A DNA stretch of 64,000 bases from Octopus sinensis (taxonomy: Eukaryota). The first letter of the stretch is position 1; the number at the start of each line of letters is the position of its first letter. Under the pieces are notes generated by a model. It saw nothing but the letters and a program-made list of their open reading frames with translations. It ran no database searches and had not been told where the DNA came from. This document shows, piece by piece, positions 1 to 13,700 of the stretch. The position numbers were made by a program, and so were the translations under genes. Location of the stretch: positions 4,402,001-4,466,000 of the forward strand of contig NC_043001.1 of assembly GCF_006345805.1 (NCBI RefSeq), in the 5' to 3' direction.

Positions 1-220
1 TATAGATATATATATATATATATATATCTATATCTATATATATATATATATATATCTATATATATATATATATATTATATCTATATTATATATATATTAT
101 CTAATATATATATATATATATATATCTATCTATATATATATATCTATATATATTATATATATCTATATATATATATATTATATATTATATCTATCTATAA
201 TATAATTATATATCTATTAG

Positions 221-254
<34 letters not shown>

Positions 255-261
255 TATATTA

Positions 262-294
<33 letters not shown>

Positions 295-345
295 CTATAT
301 ATATATTAATATATATATATATATCTATATATATATATATATATC
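1..345. repeat. (TA)n microsatellite with TATC interruptions
   Basis: Almost pure TA dinucleotide run; the irregular interruptions resemble noisy long-read sequence. Confidence 0.97.
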
Positions 346-913
346 AACCCGAGTTGATCACAGAACTGAGGCGACCCACGAAGCTACACAAAGAAGATAG
401 CCTCTATGCAGAATGTAAGCTACTGGGAAAGACTCAAGAGATTAAAATTATATTCCCTGGAGCGTAGGCGGGAAAGATATGCCATAATATACATCTGGAA
501 GATCCTGGAGGGAAGTGTCCTGAACTTTGGCATCGAGAGTTACGCAAATGCCAGAACTGGGCGCCACTGCTGGTGCCTAGGACTCCAAACCTGCCATCAA
601 GATGTAGGACAAGATTCTGTGATAGCCTGGGCTTCGAGGCCCACAGCTCTTCAATATCCTCCCGAAGATCCTGAGAGACCTGCATGGGGTGGATACAGAT
701 GTCTTAAAATGAAGCTGATCTCTTCCTCTCAGGTGTCCCAGATGAACCAACTTCACGGCAGGAGGGGCAGATGAGGGCAGCTGCATCGAACTCTCTCATG
801 CCACCAAATAGCAGTTGCTAGAAAGCCTCATGAAGTGAAACCAGTAGCAACACCAAATGGCGGGGCCCAGCATGGCCACAGCTCATAAGCTGAAACTAGA
901 ATCAATCAATCAA
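346..913 (+). mobile_element. CR1-group LINE 3' fragment, copy 1
   Basis: ORF 406-774 has YWERLKRLKLYSLERRRERYAIIYIWKILEG, typical of a CR1 ORF2 C-terminus; ends in an (ATCA)n tail; near-identical to about 3355-3936. Confidence 0.85.
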
Positions 914-1009
914 TATCTATATATATCTATATATCTATATATATCTATATATATATATATATCTATATATATATATCTATATATATATCTATATATATAT
1001 ATATATATC

Positions 1010-1043
<34 letters not shown>

Positions 1044-1175
1044 ATATAATATATATATATATATCTATATATATATATATATATCTATATATATATATAT
1101 TATCATATATATATATTATTATTATATATCTATATATATATATATATATATACTATAGATATATATATATATATC

Positions 1176-1208
<33 letters not shown>

Positions 1209-1384
1209 TATATATATCTATATATATATATATATATATATATTCTATATATAATATATAATATATTAATCTATATATATATATAATATTATATATATAT
1301 CGATATATATATATATATATCTATATATATATATATAGATATATATATCTAATATATATATATCTATATATATATATATATATA

Positions 1385-1451
<67 letters not shown>

Positions 1452-1517
1452 CTATATATATATATATATCTATATTATATATATCTATATATAATTATAT
1501 ATATATCTATCTATATA

Positions 1518-1601
<84 letters not shown>

Positions 1602-1656
1602 ATATATATCTATATATGTATATAATATCTATATATGTATATAGATATCTATATAG

Positions 1657-1688
<32 letters not shown>

Positions 1689-1711
1689 ATCTATATATAT
1701 ATATATATATA

Positions 1712-1758
<47 letters not shown>

Positions 1759-1840
1759 ATATATGTATATATATATCTATATATATATCTCTATATATAT
1801 ATATATATCTATATAATTTATATATATATATATATATATA

Positions 1841-1880
<40 letters not shown>

Positions 1881-1968
1881 TATATATATATATATGTACT
1901 ATATATATATATATATTAGTGTATATATAATATATATATATCTATATATATATATATCTATATATCTA

Positions 1969-2030
<62 letters not shown>

Positions 2031-2159
2031 ATATATCTATAGCTATATATATATATATTATATCTATATATATGTTCCCTATCTATATATATATATATAT
2101 CCATCTATATAATATATCTATATACTCTATATATATCTATATATCTATATATATATATA

Positions 2160-2201
<42 letters not shown>

Positions 2202-2320
2202 CTACATATATATATATAATATATATCTATATATCTATATATACTATATATATATATATATATATATCTATTATCTATATATATATATATAGATATATAA
2301 TATATTTATATATATATATA
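914..2320. repeat. Long (TA)n microsatellite
   Basis: About 1.4 kb TA-rich tract; source of the spurious IY-repeat ORFs. Confidence 0.97.
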
Positions 2321-2436
2321 CTTTGATACTTTGATAGGTTTCGGCCATTATTGGCCCAGGCCATGTCTAACTTAATAGCACCACCTGGTGAAGTCTTTCA
2401 AGTCAGAATTTGGGCACTATAGATATATAGATATAT

Positions 2437-3936
2437 ATTCATAAAGGAGTAGCAGAGCGGAGGCCAAGAACTACACCTATCTCTCTGACCTCACACATCA
2501 GCAAAGTCATGGAACGAATAGTCAGAAGGAAACTAATCACCTTCCTTGAAGAAAAGGACTTGCTGCCTGACACCCAACATGGTTTCCGACCAGGAAGAAG
2601 CTGCTTAACTCAGCTCCTGCAGCATAATGACTGGGTGCTGAAACAACTGCTCAACACTCAAATGTGGAAGTCATATATCTCGACTTCGCAAAGGCCTTCG
2701 ATAAAGTCGATCATGGAATGATATGTCACAAACTGCGTGATCTTGGCCATAGTTGGAAAACTAGGAGAATGGCTTCACGACTTTCTGAAGAATAGAAGTC
2801 AGGTGGTAGTAGCCAATGGGCCACTTCCATTAGCACGCAAATAGTGAGCGGTGTTCCACAGGGCACTGTTTTGGGACCACTACTGTTCATAATGGCCCTC
2901 TCAGACATGCCCTCAGCCACGCGGAGAGCCACGATCACAAGTTATGCAGATGATACAAAAGTTTCACAGGCAATACAGAACCCTGAAGACACTAGGCACC
3001 TGCAATATGAGCTGGACGAAATTTACCAGTGGGCTGAAAAGAATAGCATGCAGTTCAATGCTAAAAAGTTTCAAGCTTTATACTATCAGCATGCAAACTG
3101 AATGCAATACCCAAGGAATACACTGGACCCGGAGGGTTGCAATCCCAGAGGCAACAATCAGTGCGTGACCTGGGTATTCACATGAGTGATGACGCGACCT
3201 TTCATGTACATGTGTTGCTAACTGACAGTGAAAGCAGACGCCTGGCGGATGGATTCTTAGAACCTTTAGAACAGAGAACAAGAAACCATGATGGTCCTCT
3301 GGAAGACACTTGTCCTAAGTCACTTTGACTATTGCTCTCAGCTATGGTCACCATCCAGTGTCAAGTTCACAGAACTTGAGGCGATCCAACGAAGCTACAC
3401 GAAGAAGATAGCCTCTATGCAGAATGGAAGCTACTGGGAAAGACTCAGAGAGATTAAAATTATATTCCCTGGAGCGTAGGCGGGAAAGATATGCCATAAT
3501 ATACATCTGGAAGATCCTGGAGGGAAGTGTCCTGAACTTTGGCATCGAGAGTTACGCAAACGCCAGAAATGGGCGCACTGCGTGGTGCCTAGGACTCCAA
3601 ACTTGCCATCAAGATGTAGGACAAGATTCTGTGATAGCCTGAGCTTCCGAGGCCCACAGCTCTTAATATCCTCCCGATGAACCTGAGAGACCTGCATGGG
3701 GTGGATACAGAGTGTCTTTAAAATGGAGCTGGATCTCTTCCTGTCAGGTGTCCCAGATGAACCAACTTCACGGCAGGAGGGGCAGATGAGGGCAGCTGCA
3801 TCGAACTCTCTCATGCACCAAATAGCAGTTGCTAGAAAGCCTCCATGAAGTGAAACCAAGTAGCAACACCAAATGGCGGTGCCCCGCATGGCCACAGCTC
3901 ATGAGCTGAAACTGGAATCAATCAATCAATCAATCA
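2437..3936 (+). mobile_element. CR1-group LINE, 5'-truncated, frameshifted RT
   Basis: RT motifs across frames: QHGFRPGRSCLTQLL, IYLDFAKAFDKVDH, SGVPQGTVLGPLLF, YADDTKV; 3' (ATCA)n tail. Confidence 0.92.
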
Positions 3937-3971
3937 TATATTATATATATATATATATATATCTATATATC

Positions 3972-4015
<44 letters not shown>

Positions 4016-4096
4016 ATATATATATATATATATATATTCTATATATATATATATATATAATATATAGATATATATATATATATATATATCTATATA

Positions 4097-4129
<33 letters not shown>

Positions 4130-4328
4130 TATATATATATAATATATATATATTATATATATATTATCTATAATCTATACATATATATATATATCTATAA
4201 TCTATATATCTATATATATATATATCTATATATATATATATATATCTATATATATATATCTATATATAGATCTATATATATATAGAATGTATCTATATAT
4301 ATATCTATATATATATCTAATAATATAT

Positions 4329-4372
<44 letters not shown>

Positions 4373-4500
4373 CTATATAATATATCTATATATATATATA
4401 TCTATATATATCTATATATATATATCTATATATCATATAGGAGAATATATATAATCTATATAATATCTATATATCTATATAGGATATATATCTATATATA
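3937..4500. repeat. (TA)n microsatellite
   Basis: TA/TATC tract. Confidence 0.95.
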
Positions 4501-4630
4501 TCCGTCAAACAGATTCGTAGCAAGTTGAAAACATATCGAAGTATCTTTTAAAACTGATAAGAGGCCATTATGAAAAGCTTCTACATATTTTCACAGTTCA
4601 AGAACAACGACAGCTAGAAATCAGCAGCCA

Positions 4631-4730
4631 NNNNNNNNNNNNNNNNNNNNNNNNNNNNNNNNNNNNNNNNNNNNNNNNNNNNNNNNNNNNNNNNNNNNNN
4701 NNNNNNNNNNNNNNNNNNNNNNNNNNNNNN
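4631..4730. other. Assembly gap (100 N)
   Basis: Run of N. Confidence 1.
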
Positions 4731-4974
4731 GGTTGTCAAGCAATGCTAGGGGGGCAAAACACATACACACAAACACACGTACATATGTACTTATATATAT
4801 ATATATACATATATACGACAGGCTTCTTTCAGTTTCCGTCTACCAAATCCAGTCACAAGGCTTTAGTCGGCCCGAGGCTACAGTAGAAGACACTTGCCCA
4901 AAGTGCCACGCAGTGGGACTGAACCCAGAACCATGTGATTGGTAAGCAAGCTACTTACCACACAGCCACTCCTG
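4731..4974 (-). mobile_element. tRNA-derived SINE family B, cut by the gap
   Basis: Minus strand reads caggagtggctgtgtggtaagtagc...gggttcagtcccac (A/B-box-like); matches the fuller copy at 43716-44126. Confidence 0.85.
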
Positions 4975-5220
4975 AGATAGATATATAGATAGATAGATAC
5001 ATTCTTATCAACTTACCGCCTCCTTTTTTTACAAATAGAATTAGATTCACAGAACTTCGTTTCATAAATTTATCATGCAGTTAATATACTAATACTACTT
5101 TGCATATCTACGTAAATTTACACTAGTAAAATCTCAGCGAAGTATGAAGAATGAACGTTGGATATTTTTTGGGAAACCACTCAAATTAAAGGACGAATCA
5201 ACATTCAAACTTTTAAACAT

Positions 5221-5351
5221 ATACACGTGTGTGTGTGTGTGTGTTGTGTGTGTGTATGGGAATTTATGCATAAAGATTCAGCATCTGAATATATATATAT
5301 ATAATATGTATGTATGTATTATGTATGTATGTATGTATGTATGTATGTATG

Positions 5352-5385
<34 letters not shown>

Positions 5386-5409
5386 ATATATATCTATATA
5401 TATATAATA

Positions 5410-5451
<42 letters not shown>

Positions 5452-5601
5452 TATTATTATAGTTGGGTGTTTCTTTATATGTCTGAACAATGATATTTGC
5501 TGTTATTTGCACAGTATTCTACCATTTTAACTTAAATATATGTAATTGTTACCACCGCAGAAATTAACATACGATGCTTTGCCTATGTATTGTATATATA
5601 T

Positions 5602-5641
<40 letters not shown>

Positions 5642-5790
5642 TTATATATATATATATACATATGCAATACGCACATGTATATACATATATATGCATACAC
5701 ACACACACATATATATATATGTTTATATATACATATACACACATAAATATATATGCATATATATACACACATATTTGAACACACTCGTGT
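5221..5790. repeat. Compound microsatellite (GT, TATG, CT, TA, CA)
   Basis: Adjacent simple repeats around a short unique spacer. Confidence 0.9.
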
Positions 5791-7889
5791 GATAAAGATT
5801 TGTCATCTATTTCCAGATGTTAGCTAAATTACGGATGGGTGTAGATGACAAAATCGATAATGAGATTATTACTAGGGGTCTATGCTACATAAATTCACAT
5901 TCAATATATGTCCATAGATGTAAAGAAAATGTCATTTGGAAATTACTTATTTCTCTATTCTACTCTTCTTGTTTGTTTTAAACTTTCTTGGCATAAGAGC
6001 TATTTTGGAACGCGTTTCTAGGTTCGAGTAGTAAATAAAACGATGAAAAATTATTTTTGAAGAAGTATATGGTTGTTTTCCTATGCTTTTAATAAATAGT
6101 TGTCAGCCTATTTTATAATTATTTGATTTGTTATTTAAATCTTGTGCACAGGAACTCTAATATCTCTATTATACTGTATATCCAGTTCGTATACATCTCC
6201 GCATAAACACTTAATTTATATGAAAGCATCGATAACGTCATATCAGGCATTTCGAAACAGATTTCTCACAGCAAAAGCCAAAGAATTTAAAGTTTGCATT
6301 TATAGAACAGAATTACTAAGCAAGCTCGACAGGGGTGTGCGATTTCTTCTGTGATGTGTAATTAGATAAATAGATTTGGCAAATACTTCAAATGATACTT
6401 ACCATAAGTAGCTGTTGGCTTCATTGTGTCTATTTAGGAATCTGTCATGTAGCTACAGGCTAATTTGCTTACAGCATCGTAAATTTTAGTCTATTATCAT
6501 TAACTACTCGGCAAATCTCTAAAGGTTTTCCACAGAAACACATGCTGTAACTTGTTATTTTATGATTTTCAAAACTAACTGAAACTGCTTAGCATGCTTA
6601 CGATTATTTCAAGGGAATACATAGAAAGAAAGATGCAAGATGTTTGCAATTACTTAGAGGCTTTTCTGTATGTGATGCGCAGATGAAGCTGGAATATTTA
6701 CACTACTTAATCTATGTTGCATGAGTGTCTAACGCGATTATACACGCTACGAAAGACAATGTTCTTTGTTTTTCTTTTTAACACCGATCCAACAGCATCC
6801 CCAACTACTACACATGGCAGTCAAATTTCTTTAAATCGATGCTTAATGTATTAGAAAAAGAAATACCATTTTGCACAATGTAGTGCTCGTTATACGTAGA
6901 AAATGGAATTGCGGTGGTAGATCGGTTCAACAAAACATAATAATGGCCAAAACAACGAATACATTTGAAATAAGTGGAAGTTGAAATACGCCAGTGTCCA
7001 ATGAAATAATAATGAAATCGATGGCAAGAATACATTTCTCTGTCTCGTAATTTTCGTTGGGTGTTTATTTATATGTCTGAACAAAGATATTTGCACAGAA
7101 TTAGATCTCCCATTTTACCTTACATATATATAATATTGTTGCTACAGAAATTAACATACAGTGCGTTGCCTGTGTATTTTAAGATACTTGTGATTTGTTA
7201 TTTATGAAAGAATACAAGTTTAACAAATTTGAAATAAAGCAAACAATACGAACCTTGGCAACATATTTTATCCTTGCAACATGCAGTGCATGGTTCTCTT
7301 ATATCGCACGTTCGGATGACCTCTACTCAACCCTGACGTCTAGACTCCTCCCTCTATATCGAAATATTGGGCTAGCCTACGTTATCGTCTGGGGGCGTCC
7401 ACACAACAGCTTCGCAGTTTAACAATTTTTTTTTTGTATACTGAGATGTTTCTACGGAGAAAACTGTTTGCCACTTTTCATGATCATGGCTTTTACCAAC
7501 AGTGCTAGTCATAATTAAATGCAAGAATTTTATTATATTATCTTTGAAGCGAACTTGTGGTAGAGCGAGCTACTTATATTTATATCGTACAGACGTTTTG
7601 AACATGAGGAAACTTCTTTGTCAAAATGTTATGAAGCACTGGTTGATTTGAACACTGCATGTCAATGAGTTATTTAAATGGTATGCTTCCAATATGTGAT
7701 CCAACATGTCTCACGAAGATGCACTAAAATGTTCATGGATTAGCTATGAAGGAGCAATGTTAGAGCCGTGCTATCTTGTACGTATTAATTTCAAACATTG
7801 TATTAATAAATGCATTGTTTAAATATTAATTGACATCTAACACCTCAGAGCATATTTCGTGGTAACTAGTAGTGATTTCTTTTGAAAGA

Positions 7890-8510
7890 TTAAGAAAATT
7901 TGGCGTCGTGGTGTTTTCATTACTTGCAGAAATAGAGCATTGCCCACGAAGACGTTCAAGTTGACGTTGTTTCTACTTTGGGAGATGATTCCCCAGAATT
8001 ATCGACAGTTCAAAAGTGGACTGCTGAATTTAGGAAAGGAAGAGTGAGTCTTGAAGCTGACCGATATCTCAGGTCCGGCAACTGCCGCCGTCAATGAAAA
8101 CAGTGACCGTGTCCACAGCATGGTGATAGATGACAAGCAATTAACTATAAATCAAATAGCCAAGGCTTTAAGTACATCAAAGTAGAGAGTTGAGAAGATT
8201 TTACACAATGAACTTAGTACAAGGAAGACTCCTGCATGGTAGGCGACGTCGACAGACACCTGATCAAGAGGAGATCGTGCTGAATACACCACGGCAAAAT
8301 CTAGCATTCTTGAAGAAAATCCTACTTGTTTCCTTCATATTTTTTTAACCAGCACTAGTGCTACATTCATCACCTTGGGCTGGAGACAGATAATCCTCAC
8401 AGAGGAAACAATCCTCCCAATCTGCTACAAAGTAGGCGCGGTTGTTTCCTCTGCACGGATATTGATGACCTCAGCTTTCGGAATACAAAAGCGATTGTGT
8501 TTATTGACTA
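7890..8510 (+). mobile_element. Old mariner, 5' half of a degenerate transposase
   Basis: Fragments VQKWTAEFRKGRVSLE, HSMVIDDKQLTINQIAKAL and KAIVFIDY; stops at the TA at 8509-8510. Confidence 0.75.
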
Positions 8511-9802
8511 CGAAGGGCGTTCAATAAGTAATGCCCCTGACTCACTTCCCATAGCAGTAGAGCAACGAAACTTGGCACAATTATTAATCTTTTTCTACAT
8601 AGAAACCACCCAGAGTTACACATTTCTACCATCGTTTGATGCGGCTCTGGAGACCGTTTTTGTAGAAGACTCCAGCTTGGTCCTCCAACCACGACGTGAC
8701 GTCAGAAATAAAGGCTGCATCATCTGGGAAACGCTTTCCTTTCAAAACCAACTTCATGGCTGGGAAGAGGGGAAAATCCGAGGGTGCAAGTTCAAGAGAG
8801 TAGGGGCATGGGGGAGGAGTTCATAGCCGCACACCTGTGCTTCTGATCTGGCGACCATCGAGTTGTGGACCGGCGCTTTGTACTGCAGGAGGAGGATGCC
8901 TTTGCTGATCTTGCCCCGCCTCTTGATTTTGATAGCTTCTCTTAATTTCCTCAAAAGTGAAGCATAATAGGCTCCTGTAATTGTGGTACCCTTTGCCAGG
9001 AAATCTGTCATCACTACTCCGTCCTGGTCCCAGAAGACTATGAGCATGACCTTGCTAGTAGAGGGCTGCACCCTTGCCTTCTTTGGAGGAGGTGAGTCAC
9101 GGTGCTTCCACTGCATTGACTGGGCTTTTGTCTCTGGATCATAGTGATGGACCCAGGTTTCATCCTGTGTAATCAGTCTTTTGAAAAATGTTGACTCATC
9201 TTCTTGGCACATCTCCAAATTCATCCTCGAGCACTCGACGCATTCTTGCTTCCGGAATGGTGTGAGCAACCTGGGAATCCATCTGGCAGACACCTTTTGC
9301 ATATGCAAATGGTCGTGAATGATTGGTTTCCACAGACCCGGTACTAATCCTGACCTCATGGGCTATTTGCCGAATAGTTATACGTCGATCTTCCAAAATG
9401 GCAGCCTCAACTTGATGGACAGATGCCTCATCAATAGCAGTAGGGGGCGACCAGATCTGGGAGCTGTTTCCACAGAGTTCCGACCATGTTTGAATTCACA
9501 ATGCCAGCGTTTTACAAGGTCATATGAGGGGGCATCATCACCATAAGTTACTTTCATTTCATCAAAAGTCTACCGTGGTGTGCGTCCTTTCAAATATAAA
9601 AAGCGGATCACTGCCCGACACTCAACAGGCTCCATTTCACACTTGACTCAGATCAAACACCTGTAAATCAGAAACCACAATTAGTTCAGAGCTGTAGTTT
9701 ACCACTTAATCTATAAAGATATAGATAATTGCACATGCAAAATTTCAGCTAGATCAAACAACTGCAAGTGGGTCAGAGACATTACTTATTGAACGCGCCT
9801 CG
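8511..9802 (-). mobile_element. Full-length mariner (Tc1/mariner), 1292 bp
   Basis: TIRs cgaagggcgttcaataagtaatgcccctgac and the reverse complement cgaggcgcgttcaataagtaatgtctctgac; TA at 8509-8510 and 9803-9804. Confidence 0.93.
8584..9635 (-). pseudogene. Mariner transposase pseudogene
   Basis: MEPVECRAVIRFLYLKG start; ITQDETWVHHYDPETKAQSMQW; degenerate DNA motif (QYKAPVH) and YSPDLAP-like segment; in-frame stops and frameshifts. Confidence 0.9.
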
Positions 9803-10260
9803 TATCTTCAAAAGGTCGACACCATCTATGGAGAGCACCATCCCAACTTGCTAAGGTTGGTACGAAAGTCTATCAAGAGCAAACGCCAGGAAAATTCACG
9901 GTAGGGATCTAGTTTCATCAGCACAATTATCCAACACAGTTGCTGTGTGTGTGACCTTGTCTTTGAACAGCTTGATGAATCTCCATCTTAATCTTCTTTG
10001 GCTCCATACGACTATCGTCTGTTCTGCTACATGAAACGACACTTTCTTGGAAACCAGTATCACAGTAAACCAGTAATATATCCGCTGTTAATGTCTTTTT
10101 TTAATAAGAGGAAAAATGATTCTTCATGAACGGGTTCGAAGCACCGGAACGCCAATAGAAGAGATGTGTGAACCGCAGAGTCATGCTATACTGAGAAATA
10201 AGCCTCATTTGGCTTACATTCCATGCAAGTATCTTAGTGTATGAGGTTGTCAGCTGGTAT
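9803..10260 (+). mobile_element. Old mariner, 3' half
   Basis: Resumes as (Y)LQK..., with SIKSKRPGK, LAPYDYRLF and a YTEK* terminal-like motif; collinear with 7890-8510. Confidence 0.7.
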
Positions 10261-10668
10261 TTGCGTTATCCTGAGTTTTGAAGGATAATTATCACGTAAT
10301 TTGTAAAAAATCGATATGAGAATCAATAATTGCTGAGATATACAAATTTGACTATTGTTTTTAGACATTCAATTTTGCCAAAAAATGAGGGAGGATTGAC
10401 GTTTAAACTTTTACTGCAATTTACAAAACTCTGAGTTTTGGTAATCAAAGGAAAAATTGAATCATTTAAGTATATATTTAACATTACGTATAACTTCATT
10501 CCATGAGCGAATTTACAAAATATTTCATCAAGTTTGAACATTAATATTTTCGCACTCATAAAACAATAGGCATGCTGTTTTTATCAGTGCAATTAATAAT
10601 TGAATGCAACTCGCCTTCTTTGTACATTTTAAAAGAAAACTTGACGCAGTGTCTGAATGCCTCATATG

Positions 10669-10880
10669 CAGGGTGGCCCAAAAGCAGGCTTACAATTATC
10701 ACGTAGTCACTTTAAATTTCTTTTAAAACAGTTTATTACATTTAAATTTTTCTTACAATTAACTCAATTAGCATAGGATAATGATTTCACGTGTTTTTAT
10801 ATAATTAAGATCTAAACTGTTTACAAATGATTGAGAAAGAGATAGTTCAATGGCTGCAAACCTACTTTTGGGCCACCCTA
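10669..10880. mobile_element. Tc1/mariner-type MITE, about 212 bp
   Basis: 20-bp TIRs cagggtggcccaaaagcagg / cctacttttgggccacccta; TA at the right flank, TG at the left. Confidence 0.75.
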
Positions 10881-12179
10881 TAAATGTTACTGCCCGGTAG
10901 AAGGTAGTCGTTCCTTACAATGATCATTCAATGAAAACCACATTATTTGACGGTTATTCTTTCCTAAGTGACGACAGGACTAAAGTGCTAAAATGATATC
11001 AGTTGGATTTGAACTTGGAAAATAAACGGAAGTAAAAGTTGTCCATCCATATTTCTAAAGTGTCTAGCATTCGCCGTCCTCTCTGCATATGTTATTGCAT
11101 CTGAACAAATATGTTGAAAGCCAAAGACCGACATAATAAACGAATACACAGAACAGAAATGAATGACAGGGTTTTGAAGGTTCTAAGTGTGTGTAACTTT
11201 TCAAAAGTTCGTCGATTTGTGAAAGAATGTGAGTTGTGATTTTAGGTTGAAGCGGCTGCTTTGCCAATTCGTATGAGGCGATTGTGAAGAATATCTCACT
11301 TCGACCTGTTATATCGATTACAGGAAGACTGTACATGTGTACTAAAGCTCCGTAGGTATCGGAGAAAGCCACGGATAACTTTATGATAAAACAAACATCA
11401 AACACTGACTAATTTGTAATGAAAAAGATTATCGCCGAATTGATTTTCTCACAAATTTAAAACTTCAACAAGGAATAATTTAATGAATTGACATCTTAAG
11501 TTTAGCGATTGAAAATGCGTCATGAATTTCAATATAACTATCTCTAATCTATAGATCTTCTTTAATCCATATTCATAAATGCAAACCATTTGTTTTCGTT
11601 TCTGTACTCCATTAATTCTTTTTCTTTCACTCTTCCGTTTGCTTTCACATATTTTGTTTTCTTTTTCTTTCAATCTCTTATCTTTTGTTATCTCTTTCCT
11701 TTTCACCGTGACTTCCTCTTGTTGCTCTATTATTTCAAACGATAGGCGTTACCAAACGCATTCAGTCACGTTATGGTAGCCTTGAAATATTTTTATCATA
11801 TTTAAATTCTTTTCTACGAGTTACCTAATTATTATGCGTTTGATTATGCCGTGTCATTTGCATATTTGTCTTGTTGTTCGTCTTCTTTGAATTATTATTT
11901 TAGATGTTGCAAATTTTTTTACTCTCATATACTGATTTACCTAACTATTTTTCTGTTACGTGTTTCAGTTCCTGCACTGCGCCCACGGTGGAGCACTACC
12001 CACAAGGCTTTCGTAGAAATAATAAATGACATTACTTGTATTTCTTACACCCGGTTATGCCACCTTAACGTAACCAACAAATAGTGTTATGTGGTGGGAG
12101 GCAAAAGAAAAGCATAGACATTAAACGTACGGGGACAGACGCACCACGGCACACACTCACACACACACACGCGCGCATG

Positions 12180-12322
12180 TTTTCCATTTAACAAATTTAC
12201 TTACAAATCATCAGTCGATCCGAGGCTGTAGTAGAAAACACTTTCCTCAGGTGCCACTCAGTGGGACTGAATCCCAAAGCACCTGGTTCAACAGATTCTT
12301 AACCATACATCTACACCTGTGC
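12180..12322 (-). mobile_element. Degenerate SINE family B 5' part
   Basis: Similar to the cgaggct..agtagaagacact..cagtgggactgaa segment of the other B copies. Confidence 0.6.
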
Positions 12323-12949
12323 TTATATATAGAAGATGCTTGCCTTCCTTCTTCGACTCACTCGGTGGATATCTGTACTAACCGGTGATAGGAATACTAC
12401 AGTAATAGAAGGCACGAGATGTGTTCTAAGCGCAGAGAGTATAATGGAATATTCAGTAGGCTTATGAAATATGCCTAGTACAGAATCAGAGGGAAACTAT
12501 TTGATGTAGATAATGAAACTAGAAAAGACAGTCTTTCGAAAATGCTTTTTCTCTTTCAAAAACCTAAATATAAGAGTGGCTCTCTTATATTTATACAAAG
12601 TCGACGTCGGCGGGGTTTCATCTGAGAACAAAAGCAGCCAGAATGACTGCATGCCATCTTGTCTTACTACAGGTGATGATGTTCTTGATGATAATGATTA
12701 ACATCATTAAAATCATGTGATGGAGCAAAGCTAAGATCAGAACTTGCGAAAGCGAAAGAAGTCTTTATGGAAATTACAATAAGAATATCAATGATTTAAT
12801 GTCCTTAATGTATGCCTCTGCTGACGTCATCACAAAGAAAATATTAATGATTAGAGAAAAACGAGAGAAAAATAAATAACCATTCTCGAAAAGGAGAATA
12901 AAAGAAAGCATCCAGATACGGAGGAAAATTTATGTGTGTACGAAGACGT

Positions 12950-13700
12950 AAGGAGTAGTAATATGAGGTCCATCATCTGGAATGAGAATTTACTGCACGG
13001 GAAATGATGGAACCTGGAGATGGTTACAGCAGTGTATTTTAAAGAAAGAGACGGAATGTCAGATTCTGGGTGCAGAAAAAACCTTTACGTACCTTCTCAA
13101 TCAAGGGTAAAACGAATAAGGCAGCAGCCTCACATTTATGTAAGCTATGAGGAAAATCGTCTAAGAGAGTTAGACATATAATTAGTGGATGCTGACCACT
13201 TGCTCAAAAGGAACATGAAGAGGACAACGAGAAATTAGCAATGGGAATACACTGGTAGTTGTGCAAGATGTATGGGCTAGAACGTTCCAAATAGCAATAA
13301 AAATATACAGAAATGTTAAAAATGCTATAGAAATATATTGAAATTATGCTTTACATGCAAAGAAAATGAAGCTATAACAATTTTCTGGGAATAGAAATTT
13401 TCTATAAAAATGCCATACAAAAAGTAAAAGACAGCCGACCAAATATTGTGTTTGTCGACCAAGAAGAAACTATAATCGACATAGCAGGATCGTTTGACAG
13501 CAAAGAGAAAGGAAGAGGTGAAACCAATTAAAGGAACAATAATATTAATACGGTCATTTAAGAACGTAAACCAAAATGTTTGAGTATCGGCCTTAGTAAA
13601 TTTCATATGAACCAGAAATTAAAAGGTAAGCTTCAACGCGATGTTAAAATGGAAATGTGGAGCAGAAAGTAGGAGAATGTTTCAAAGATAATTTATCAAA
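12950..13700 (+). mobile_element. R4/Dong-like non-LTR C-terminal remnant (zinc knuckle plus RLE)
   Basis: LHGK, HIISGC, GIHW*LCKMYGLERS and SRPNIVFVDQEETIIDIA (RPD..D endonuclease-like). Confidence 0.7.

Noticed and set aside
857-2326. Ile/Tyr-rich ORFs (also at 5.5, 28, 33, 42-43 kb; poly-N/D/T/V ORFs at 32, 44, 60-62 kb)
   Set aside because: They are translations of microsatellites, not proteins.
2322-2420. Hammerhead-like ggcc-aataat-ggcc-gaaac on the minus strand
   Set aside because: No CUGANGA core precedes the stem (it reads cctg only) and the local sequence looks error-prone.
8754-9359. 201-aa ORF as a functional transposase
   Set aside because: Only a fragment; the N- and C-termini are in other frames with stops, and the second catalytic Asp motif is mutated.
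11064-11405. 113-aa minus-strand ORF
   Set aside because: No recognisable motif or splice support.
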